From Eledone cirrhosa (taxonomy: Eukaryota): a DNA stretch of 64,000 nucleotides. Within the stretch, counting starts at the first letter, position 1; each line of letters begins with the position of its first letter. The position numbers and the translations under genes are program-made. Under the pieces are notes generated by a model. It was not told the origin of the DNA. It did no database searches and saw only the letters and a list, made by a program, of their open reading frames with translations. Location: assembly GCA_964016885.1 (NCBI GenBank), contig CAXHJY010000132.1:125001-189000 (forward strand), given 5' to 3'. Below, in pieces: positions 54,301-64,000 of this stretch.

Positions 54301-57300
54301 CCTTGTCTACCCCCAAAACTTCGTTCTTCACCAAGCTATCTTTCTCTACCTTGTCTTCCCACAAAACTTCGTTCTTCACCAAGCTTTCTTTCTCTACCTT
54401 GTCTTCCCACAAAACGTCGTTCTTCACCAAGCTATCTTTCCCTACCTTGTCTTCCCTCAAAACGTCGTTCTTCACCAAGCTATCTTTCTCTACCTTGACT
54501 TCCCCCAAAACTTCGTTCTTCATCAAGCTATCTTTCTCTACCTTGTCTTCCCTCAAAACGTCGTTCTTCACCAAGCTATCTTTCTCTACCTTGTCTTCCC
54601 ACACAACTTCGTTCTTCATCAAGCTATCTTTCTCTACCTTGTCTTCCCTCAAAACGTCGTTCTTCACCAAGCTATCTTTCTCTACCTTGTCTTCCCCCAA
54701 AACTTCGTTCTTCACCAAGCTATCGTTCGCTACTTTGTCTTCCCTCAAAACGTCGTTCTTCACCAAGCTATCTTTCTCTACCTTGTCTTCCCTCAAAACT
54801 TCGTTCGTTCTTCACCAAGCTATCTTTCTCTACCTTGTCTTCCCCCAAAACTTGGTTCTTCACAAGCTATCCTTCTCTACCTTGTCTTCCCTCAAAACTT
54901 CGTTCTTCACCAAGCTATCTTTCTCTACCTTGTCTTCCCTCAAAACTTCGTTCTTGATCAAGCTATCTTTCTCTACCTTGCATTCCCTCAAAACTTCGTT
55001 CTTCACCAAGCTATCTTTCTCTACCTTGTCTTCCCTCAAAACTTCGTTCTTCACAAGCTATCCTTCTCTACCTTGTCTTCGCTCAAAACTTCGTTCTTCA
55101 CCAAGCTATCTTTCTCTACCTTGTCTTCCCTCAAAACTTCGTTCTTCACCAAGCTATCTTTCTCTACTTTGTCTTCCCTCAAAACATCGTTCGTTCTTCA
55201 TCAAGCTATCTTTCTCTACCTTGTCTTCCCTCAAGACTTCGTTCGTCACCAAGCTATCTTTCTCTACATTGTCTCCCCTCAAAACTTCGTTCTTCATCAA
55301 GCTATCTTTCTCTACCTTGTCTTCCCTCAAAACGTCGTTCTTCACCAAGCTATCTTTCTCTACCTTGTCTTCCCACACAACTTCGTTCTTCATCAAGCTA
55401 TCTTTCTCTACCTTGTCTTCCCTCAAAACGTCGTTCTTCACCAAGCTATCTTTCTCTACCTTGTCTTCCCCCAAAACTTCGTTCTTCACCAAGCTATCTT
55501 TCTCTACCTTGTCTACCCCCAACACTTCGTTCTTCACCAAGCTATCTTTCTCTACCTTGTCTTCCCACAAAACTTCGTTCTTCACCAAGCTATCTTTCTC
55601 TACCTTGTCTTCCCACAAAACGTCGTTCTTCACCAAGCTATCTTTCCCTACCTTGTCTTCCCTCAAAACGTCGTTCTTCACCAAGCTATCTTTCTCTACC
55701 TTGACTTCCCTCAAAACTTCGTTCTTCACCAAGCTATCTTTCTCTACCTTGTCTTCCCTCAAAACTTCGTTCTTCACCAAGCTATCTTTCTCTATCTTGT
55801 CTTCCCTCAAAACTCCGTTCTTCATCAAGCTATCGTTCTCTACTTTGTCTTCCCTCAAAACGTCGTTCTTCACCAAGCTATCTTTCTCTACCTTGTCTTC
55901 CCTCAAAACTTCGTTCGTTCTTCACCAAGCTATCTTTCTCTACCTTGTCTTCCCCCAAAACTTCGTTCTTCACAAGCTATCCTTCTCTACCTTGTCTTCC
56001 CTCAAAACTTCGTTCTTCACCAAGCTATCTTTCTCTACCTTGTCTTCCCTCAAAACTTCGTTCTTGATCAAGCTATCTTTCTCTACCTTGCATTCCCTCA
56101 AAACTTCGTTCTTCACCAAGCTATCTTTCTCTACCTTGTCTTCCCTCAAAACTTCGTTCTTCACCAAGCTATCTGTCTCTACCTTGTCTTCCCTCAAAAC
56201 TTCGTTCTTCACAAGCTATCCTTCTCTACCTTGTCTTCGCTCAAAACTTCGTTCTTCACCAAGCTATCTTTCTCTACCTTGTCTTCCCTCAAAACTTCGT
56301 TCTTCACCAAGCTATCTTTCTCTACTTTGTCTTCCCTCAAAACATCGTTCGTTCTTCATCAAGCTATCTTTCTCTACCTTGTCTTCCCCAAGACTTCGTT
56401 CGTCACCAAGCTATCTTTCTCTACATTGTCTTCCCCCAAAACTTCGTTCTTCATCAAGCTATCTTTCTCTACCTTGTCTTCCCTCAAAACGTCGTTCTTC
56501 ACCAAGCTATCTTTCTCTACCTTGTCTTCCCACACAACTTCGTTCTTCATCAAGCTATCTTTCTCTACCTTGTCTTCCCTCAAAACGTCGTTCTTCACCA
56601 AGCTATCTTTCTCTACCTTGTCTACCCCCAAAACTTCGTTCTTCACCAAGCTATCTTTCTCTACCTTGTCTTCCCACAAAACTTCGTTCTTCACCAAGCT
56701 TTCTTTCTCTACCTTGTCTTCCCACAAAACGTCGTTCTTCACCAAGCTATCTTTCCCTACCTTGTCTTCCCTCAAAACGTCGTTCTTCACCAAGCTATCT
56801 TTCTCTACCTTGACTTCCGTCAAAACTTCGTTCTTCACCAAGCTATCTTTCTCTACCTTGTCTTCCCTCAAAACTTCGTTCTTCACCAAGCTATCTTTCT
56901 CTATCTTGTCTTCCCTCAAAACTCCGTTCTTCATCAAGCTATCGTTCTCTACTTTGTCTTCCCTCAAAACGTCGTTCTTCACCAAGCTATCTTTCTCTAC
57001 CTTGTCTTCCCTCAAAACTTCGTTCGTTCTTCACCAAGCTATCTTTCTCTACCTTGTCTTCCCCCAAAACTTGGTTCTTCACAAGCTATCCTTCTCTACC
57101 TTGTCTTCCCTCAAAACTTCGTTCTTCACCAAGCTATCTTTCTCTACCTTGTCTTCCCTCAAAACTTCGTTCTTGATCAAGCTATCTTTCTCTACCTTGC
57201 ATTCCCTCAAAACTTCGTTCTTCACCAAGCTATCTTTCTCTACCTTGTCTTCCCTCAAAACTTCGTTCTTCACAAGCTATCCTTCTCTACCTTGTCTTCG

Positions 57301-58097
57301 CTCAAAACTTCGTTCTTCACCAAGCTATCTTTCTCTACCTTGTCTTCCCTCAAAACTTCGTTCTTCACCAAGCTATCTTTCTCTACTTTGTCTTCCCTCA
57401 AAACATCGTTCGTTCTTCATCAAGCTATCTTTCTCTACCTTGTCTTCCCTCAAGACTTCGTTCGTCACCAAGCTATCTTTCTCTACATTGTCTTCCCCCA
57501 AAACTTCGTTCTTCATCAAGCTATCTTTCTCTACCTTGTCTTCCCTCAAAACGTCGTTCTTCACCAAGCTATCTTTCTCTACCTTGTCTTCCCACACAAC
57601 TTCGTTCTTCATCAAGCTATCTTTCTCTACCTTGTCTTCCCTCAAAACGTCGTTCTTCACCAAGCTATCTTTCTCTACCTTGTCTACCCCCAAAACTTCG
57701 TTCTTCACCAAGCTATCTTTCTCTACCTTGTCTTCCCACAAAACTTCGTTCTTCACCAAGCTTTCTTTCTCTACCTTGTCTTCCCACAAAACGTCGTTCT
57801 TCACCAAGCTATCTTTCCCTACCTTGTCTTCCCTCAAAACGTCGTTCTTCACCAAGCTATCTTTCTCTACCTTGACTTCCCCCAAAACTTCGTTCTTCAT
57901 CAAGCTATCTTTCTCTACCTTGTCTTCCCTCAAAACGTCGTTCTTCACCAAGCTATCTTTCTCTACCTTGTCTTCCCACACAACTTCGTTCTTCATCAAG
58001 CTATCTTTCTCTACCTTGTCTTCCCTCAAAACGTCGTTCTTCACCAAGCTATCTTTCTCTACCTTGTCTTCCCCCAAAACTTCGTTCTTCACCAAGC
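51360..58097. repeat. Higher-order repeat, two near-identical tandem copies of a 3377-bp unit built from three ~1.1-kb subunits
   Basis: ORF pairs 51483/54860, 51777/55154, 52593/55970, 52997/56374, 53702/57079 and 53996/57373 differ by 3377. The ACATCGTTCG marker at 51807, 52965, 54026 and 55184 gives subunits of 1158, 1061 and 1158 bp. Confidence 0.94.
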
Positions 58098-60369
58098 TAT
58101 CTTTCTCTACCTTGTCTACCCCCAACACTTCGTTCTTCACCAAGCTATCTTTCTCTACCTTGTCTTCCCACAAAACTTCGTTCTTCACCAAGCTATCTTT
58201 CTCTACCTTGTCTTCCCACAAAACGTCGTTCTTCACCAAGCTATCTTTCCCTACCTTGTCTTCCCTCAAAACGTCGTTCTTCACCAAGCTATCTTTCTCT
58301 ACCTTGACTTCCCTCAAAACTTCGTTCTTCACCAAGCTATCTTTCTCTACCTTGTCTTCCCTCAAAACTTCGTTCTTCACCAAGCTATCTTTCTCTATCT
58401 TGTCTTCCCTCAAAACTCCGTTCTTCATCAAGCTATCGTTCTCTACTTTGTCTTCCCTCAAAACGTCGTTCTTCACCAAGCTATCTTTCTCTACCTTGTC
58501 TTCCCTCAAAACTTCGTTCTTCACCAAACTATCTTTCTCTACCTTGTCTTCCCTCAAAACTTCGTTCTTCACCAAGCTATCTTTCTCTACCTTGTCTTCC
58601 CTCAAAACTTCGTTCTTCACCAAGCTATCTTTCTCTATCTTGTCTTCCCTCAAAACTCCGTTCTTCATCAAGCTATCGTTCTCTACTTTGTCTTCCCTCA
58701 AAACGTCGTTCTTCACCAAGCTATCTTTCTCTACCTTGTCTTCCCTCAAAACTTCGTTCTTCACCAAACTATCTTTCTCTACCTTGTCTTCCCTCAAAAC
58801 TTCGTTCTTCACCAAGCTATCTTTCTCTATCTTGTCTTCCATCAAAACTTCGTTCTTCACCAAGCTATCTTTCTCTACCTTGTCTTCCCTCAAAACTTCG
58901 TTCTTCACCAAGCTATCTTTCCCTACCTTTTTTTCCCCCAAAACTCCGTTCTTCACCAAACTATCTTTCTCTACCTTGTCTTCCCTCAAAACTTCGTTCT
59001 TCACCAAGCTATCTTTCTCTATCTTGTCTTCCCTCAAAACTCCGTTCTTCATCAAGCTATCGTTCTCTACTTTGTCTTCCCTCGAAACGTCGTTCTTCAC
59101 CAAGCTATCTTTCTCTACCTTGTCTTCCCTCAAAACTTCGTTCGTTCTTCACCAAGCTATCTTTCTCTACCTTGTCTTCCCTCAAAACTTCGTTCTTCAC
59201 CAAGCTATCTTTCTCTACCTTGTCTTCCCTCAAAACTTCGTTCTTGATCAAGCTATCTTTCTCTACCTTGCATTCCCTCAAAACTTCGTTCTTCACCAAG
59301 CTATCTTTCTCTACCTTGTCTTCCCTCAAAACTTCGTTCTTCACCAAGCTATCTTTCTCTACCTTGTCTTCCCTCAAAACTTCGTTCTTCACAAGCTATC
59401 CTTCTCTACCTTGTCTTCGCTCAAAACTTCGTTCTTCACCAAGCTATCTTTCTCTACCTTGTCTTCCCTCAAAACTTCGTTCTTCACCAAGCTATCTTTC
59501 TCTACTTTGTCTTCCCTCAAAACATCGTTCGTTCTTCATCAAGCTATCTTTCTCTACCTTGTCTTCCCTCAAGACTTCGTTCGTCACCAAGCTATCTTTC
59601 TCTACATTGTCTTCCCCCAAAACTTCGTTCTTCATCAAGCTATCTTTCTCTACCTTGTCTTCCCTCAAAACGTCGTTCTTCACCAAGCTATCTTTCTCTA
59701 CCTTGTCTTCCCACACAACTTCGTTCTTCATCAAGCTATCTTTCTCTACCTTGTCTTCCCTCAAAACGTCGTTCTTCACCAAGTTATCTTTCTCTACCTT
59801 GTCTTCCCCCAAAACTTCGTTCTTCACCAAGCTATCTTTCTCTACCTTGTCTACCCCCAAAACTTCGTTCTTCACCAAGCTATCTTTCTCTACCTTGTCT
59901 TCCCACAAAACTTCGTTCTTCACCAAGCTATCTTTCTCTACCTTGTCTTCCCACAAAACGTCGTTCTTCACCAAGCTATCTTTCCCTACCTTGTCTTCCC
60001 TCAAAACGTCGTTCTTCACCAAGCTATCTTTCTCTACCTTGACTTCCGTCAAAACTTCGTTCTTCACCAAGCTATCTTTCTCTACCTTGTCTTCCCTCAA
60101 AACTTCGTTCTTCACCAAGCTATCTTTCTCTATCTTGTCTTCCCTCAAAACTCCGTTCTTCATCAAGCTATCGTTCTCTACTTTGTCTTCCCTCAAAACG
60201 TCGTTCTTCACCAAGCTATCTTTCTCTACCTTGTCTTCCCTCAAAACTTCGTTCGTTCTTCACCAAGCTATCTTTCTCTACCTTGTCTTCCCCCAAAACT
60301 TCGTTCTTCACAAGCTATCCTTCTCTACCTTGTCTTCCCTCAAAACTTCGTTCTTCACCAAGCTATCTT

Positions 60370-63300
60370 TCTCTAGCTTGTCTTCACACAAAACTTCGTT
60401 CTTCACCAAGCTATCTTTCTCTACCTTGTCTTCCCACAAAACGTCATTCTTTACCAAGTTATCTTTCTCTACCTTGTCTTCCGTCAAAACTTCGTTCTTC
60501 ACCAAGATATCTTTCTCTACCTTGTCTCCTCCCAAAACTTCGTTCTTCACCAAGCTATCTTTCTCTACCTTGTCTTCCCTCAGAACTTCGTTCTTCACCA
60601 AGCTATCTTTCTCTACCTTGTCTTCACCCAAAACTTCGTTCTTCACCAAGCTATCTTTCTCTACATTGTCTTCCCCAAAACTTCGTTCTTCACCAAGCTA
60701 TCTTTCACGACCTTGTCTTCCCTCAAAACGTCGTTCTTCACCAAGCTATCTTTCTCTACCTTGTCTTCCCCCAAAACTTCGTTCTTCACCAAGCTATCTT
60801 TCTCTACCTTGTCTTCCCCCAAAACTTCGTTCTTCACCAAGCTATCTTTCTCTACCTCGTCTTCCCTCAAAACTTCGTTCTTCACCAAGCTATCTTTCTC
60901 TACCTTGTCTTCCCCCAAAACTTTGTTCTTCACCAAGCTATCTTTCTCTACCTTGTCTTCCCCCAAAACTTCGTTCTTCACCAAGCTATCTTTCTCTAGC
61001 TTGTCTTCATACAAAACTTCGTTCTTCACCAAGCTATCTTTCTCTAACTTGTCTTCCCTCAAAACGTCGTTCTTCACCAGGCTATCTTTCTCTACCTTGT
61101 CTTCCCCCAAAACTTCGTTCTTCGCCAAGCTATCTTTCTCTACCTTGTCTTCCCCCAAAACTTCGTTCTTCGCAAGCTATCTTTCTCTACCTTGTCTTCC
61201 CCCAAAACTTCGTTCTTCACCAAGCTATCTTTCTCTACCTTGTCTTCCCACAAAACGTCGTTCTTCACCAAGCTATCTTTCTCTACCTTGTCTTCCCTCA
61301 AAACGTCGTTCTTCACCAAGCTATCTTTCTCTACCTTGTCTTCCCTCAAAACATCGTTCTTCACCAAGCTATCTTTCTCTACCTTGTCTTCTCCCAAAAC
61401 TTCGTTATTCACCAAGCTATCTTTCTCTACCTTGTCTTCCCTCAAAACTTCGTTCTTCACCAAGCTATCTTTCTCTACCTTGTCTTCCCCCAAAACTTCG
61501 TTCTTCACCAAGCTATCTTTCTCTACCTTGTCTTCCCCCAAAACTTCGTTCTTCACCAAGCTATCTTTCTCTAGCTTGTCTTCACACAAAACTTCGTTCT
61601 TCACCAAGCTATCTTTCTCTACCTTGTCTTCCCACAAAACGGCATTCTTCACCAAGCTATCTTTCTCTACCTTGTCTTCCGTCGAAACTTCGTTCTTCAC
61701 CAATATATCTTTCTCTACCTTGTTTTCTCCCAAAACTTCGTTCTTCACCAAGCTATCTTTCTCTACCTTGTCTTCCCTCAGAACTTCGTTCTTCACCAAG
61801 CTATCTTTCTCTACCTTGTCTTCCCTCAAAACGTCGTTTTTCACCAAGCTATCTTTCTCTACCTTGTCTTCCCTCAAAACATCGTTCTTCACCAAGCTAT
61901 CTTTCTCTACCTTGTCTTCTCCCAAAACTTCGTTATTCACCAAGCTATCTTTCTCTACCTTGTCTTCCCTCAAAACTTTGTTCTTCACCAAGCTATCTTT
62001 CTCTACCTTGTCTTCCCCCAAAACTTCGTTCTTCACCAAGCTATCTTTCTCTACCTTGTCTTCCCCCAAAACTTCGTTCTTCACCAAGCTATCTTTCTCT
62101 ACCTTGTCTTCCCCCAAAACTTCTTTCTACACCAAGTCATCTTTCTCTACCTTGTCATCCCTCAAAACTTCGTTCTTCACCAATCTATCTTTCTCTGCCT
62201 TGTCTTCCCCCAAAACTTCGTTCTTCACCAAGCTATCTTTCTCTACCTTGTCTTCACACAAAACTTCGTTCTTCACCAAGCTATCTATTCTCTACCTTGT
62301 CTTCCCTCAAAACGTCGTTCTTCACCAAGCTATCTTTCTCTACCTTGTCTTCCCCCAAAACTTCGTTCTTCACCAAGCTATCTTTCTCTACCTTGTCTTC
62401 CCCCAAAACTTCGTTCTTCGCAAGCTATCTTTCTCTACCTTGTCTTCCCCCAAAACTTCGTTCTTCACCAAGCTATCTTTCTCTACCTTGTCTTCCCACA
62501 AAACGTCGTTCTTCACCAAGCTATCTTTCTCTACCTTGTCTTCCCTCAAAACGTCGTTCTTCACCAAGCTATCTTTCTCTACCTTGTCTTCCCTCAAAAC
62601 ATCGTTCTTCACCAAGCTATCTTTCTCTACCTTGTCTTCTCCCAAAACCTCGTTATTCACCAAGCTATCTTTCTCTACCTTGTCTTCCCCCAAAACTTCG
62701 TTGTTCACCAAGCTATCTTTCTCTACCTCGTCTTTCCCCAAAACTTCGTTCTTCACCAAGCTATCTTTCTCTAACTTGTCTTCCCCCAAAACTTCGTTCT
62801 TCACCAAGCTATCTTTCTCTACCTTGTCTTCCGTCAAAACTTCGTTCTTCACCAAGATATCTTTCTCTACATTGTCTTCCCCAAAACTTCGTTCTTCACC
62901 AAGCTATCTTTCTCTACCTTGTCTTCCCTCAAAAAGTCGTTCTTCACCAAGCTATCTTTCTCTACCTTGTCTTCTCCCAAAACTTCGTTATTCACCAAGC
63001 TATCTTTCTCTACCTTGTCTTCCCTCAAACCTTCGTTCTTCACCAAGCTATCTTTCTCTACCTTGTCTTCCCACAAAACTTCGTTCTTCACCAAGCTATC
63101 TTTCTCTACATTGTCTTCCCCAAAACTTCGTTCTTCACCAAGCTATCTTTCACGACCTTGTCTTCCCTCAAAACGTCGTTCTTCACCAAGCTATCTTTCT
63201 CTACCTTGTCTTCCCCAAAACTTCGTTCTTCACCAAGCTATCTTTCTCTACCTTGTCTTCCCTCAAAACTTCGTTCTTCACCAAGCTATCTTTCTCTACC

Positions 63301-64000
63301 TTGTCTTCCCACAAAACGTCGTTCTTCACCAAGCTATCTTTCTCTACCTTGTCTTCCCTCAAAACGTCGTTCTTCACCAAGCTATCTTTTTCTACCTTGT
63401 CTTCCCTCAAAACATCGTTCTTCACCAAGCTATCTTTCTCTACCTTGTCTTCCCTCAAAACTTCGTTCTTCACCAAGCTATCTTTCTCTACCTTGTCTTC
63501 CCTCAAAACGTCGTTCTTCACCAAGCTATCTTTCTCTACCTTGTCTTCCCCCAAAACTTCGTTCTTCACCAAGCTATCTTTCTCTACCTTGTCTTCCCCC
63601 AAAACTTCGTTCTTCGCAAGCTATCTTTCTCTACCTTGTCTTCCCCCAAAACTTCGTTCTTCACCAAGCTATCTTTCTCTACCTTGTCTTCCCATAAAAC
63701 GTCGTTCTTCACCAAGCTATCTTTCTCTACCTTGTCTTCCCTCAAAACGTCGTTCTTCACCAAGCTATCTTTCTCTACCTTGTCTTCCCTCAAAACATCG
63801 TTCTTCACCAAGCTATCTTTCTCTACCTTGTCTTCTCCCAAAACTTCGTTATTCACCAAGCTATCTTTCTCTACCTTGTCTTCCCCCAAAACTTCGTTGT
63901 TCACCAAGCTATCTTTCTCTACCTCGTCTTTCCCCAAAACTTCGTTCTTCACCAAGCTATCTTTCTCTAACTTGTCTTCCCCCAAAACTTCGTTCTTCAC
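60370..64000. repeat. Distinct satellite subfamily domain with a loose ~1.2-kb higher-order period
   Basis: No +TTCG insertions and no TGATCA or CATCAAG variants were seen after ~60260. New markers are TTCGCAAG (61171, 62419, 63615; spacing 1248 and 1196), TTTCACGACC, CTCTAGCTTG and TCTCCCAAAAC, and the CCCCCAAAAC allele is more frequent. Confidence 0.85.

Larger units (their letters stand above)
1..64000. repeat. 48-bp tandem satellite array (about 1,330 monomers, single orientation, extends beyond both window ends)
   Basis: The consensus TTCGTTCTTCACCAAGCTATCTTTCTCTACCTTGTCTTCCCTCAAAAC recurs every 48 bp from base 1 to 64000, usually with 0-3 substitutions per copy. Common length variants are 52 bp (+TTCG) and 47 bp (CACCAAG>CACAAG). 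All six-frame translations are 16-aa periodic. Confidence 0.99.

Noticed and set aside
360-64000. The many short minus-strand (VLREDKVEKDSLVKNE)n ORFs as a tandem gene family
   Set aside because: They have no unique N- or C-termini, promoters or intergenic sequence. Their ends are set purely by satellite indels and nonsense alleles. Kept only as an ancestral-origin hypothesis.
1-64000. CRISPR array or a diversity-generating cassette system
   Set aside because: There are no unique spacers and no cas, reverse transcriptase or recombinase genes. Variation is point alleles copied in blocks.
1-64000. Identity with a known 48-bp satellite (e.g. human CER/D22Z3) or a telomeric repeat
   Set aside because: Only the length coincides and I recognise no sequence similarity. 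There are no TTAGGG-like units. A Dfam/Repbase/BLAST search is needed to name the family.
1-64000. Intrinsic curvature from phased A-tracts, G-quadruplexes or hairpins
   Set aside because: There is only one A4 tract per 48 bp (about 4.6 helical turns, out of phase), one G3-5 run per monomer on the minus strand, and no palindrome beyond AGCT or the TGATCA allele.

Overview
The whole 64 kb window is one uninterrupted, head-to-tail tandem array of a 48-bp satellite. The consensus on + is TTCGTTCTTCACCAAGCTATCTTTCTCTACCTTGTCTTCCCTCAAAAC (T19 C17 A9 G3, about 42% GC, 75% pyrimidine), giving roughly 1,330 monomers. I saw no unique sequence, inversion, transposon, RNA gene, CRISPR spacer or credible protein-coding gene. 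All ORFs in the track are by-products of a monomer whose length is divisible by 3 and which is stop-free in four of six frames. The information lies in the variant pattern: (1) nested, locally changing higher-order repeats with offsets of 3252/3300, 3286, 3905 (inner 1973), 4882, 1838, 3377 (=1158+1061+1158) and about 1.2 kb; (2) four successive strata defined by diagnostic variants, with a sharp switch to a different subfamily near 60,370; (3) conserved multi-monomer cassettes and a linked +4/-1 indel pair; (4) retention and gain of CpG; (5) a coding-like minus-strand frame (VLREDKVEKDSLVKNE)n, now broken by frameshifts and stops, which may indicate that the satellite arose from a protein-coding repeat. 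It looks like eukaryotic heterochromatic or centromere-type DNA from a long-read assembly, but neither organism nor function can be determined from this window. I found no evidence for a novel multi-gene system.
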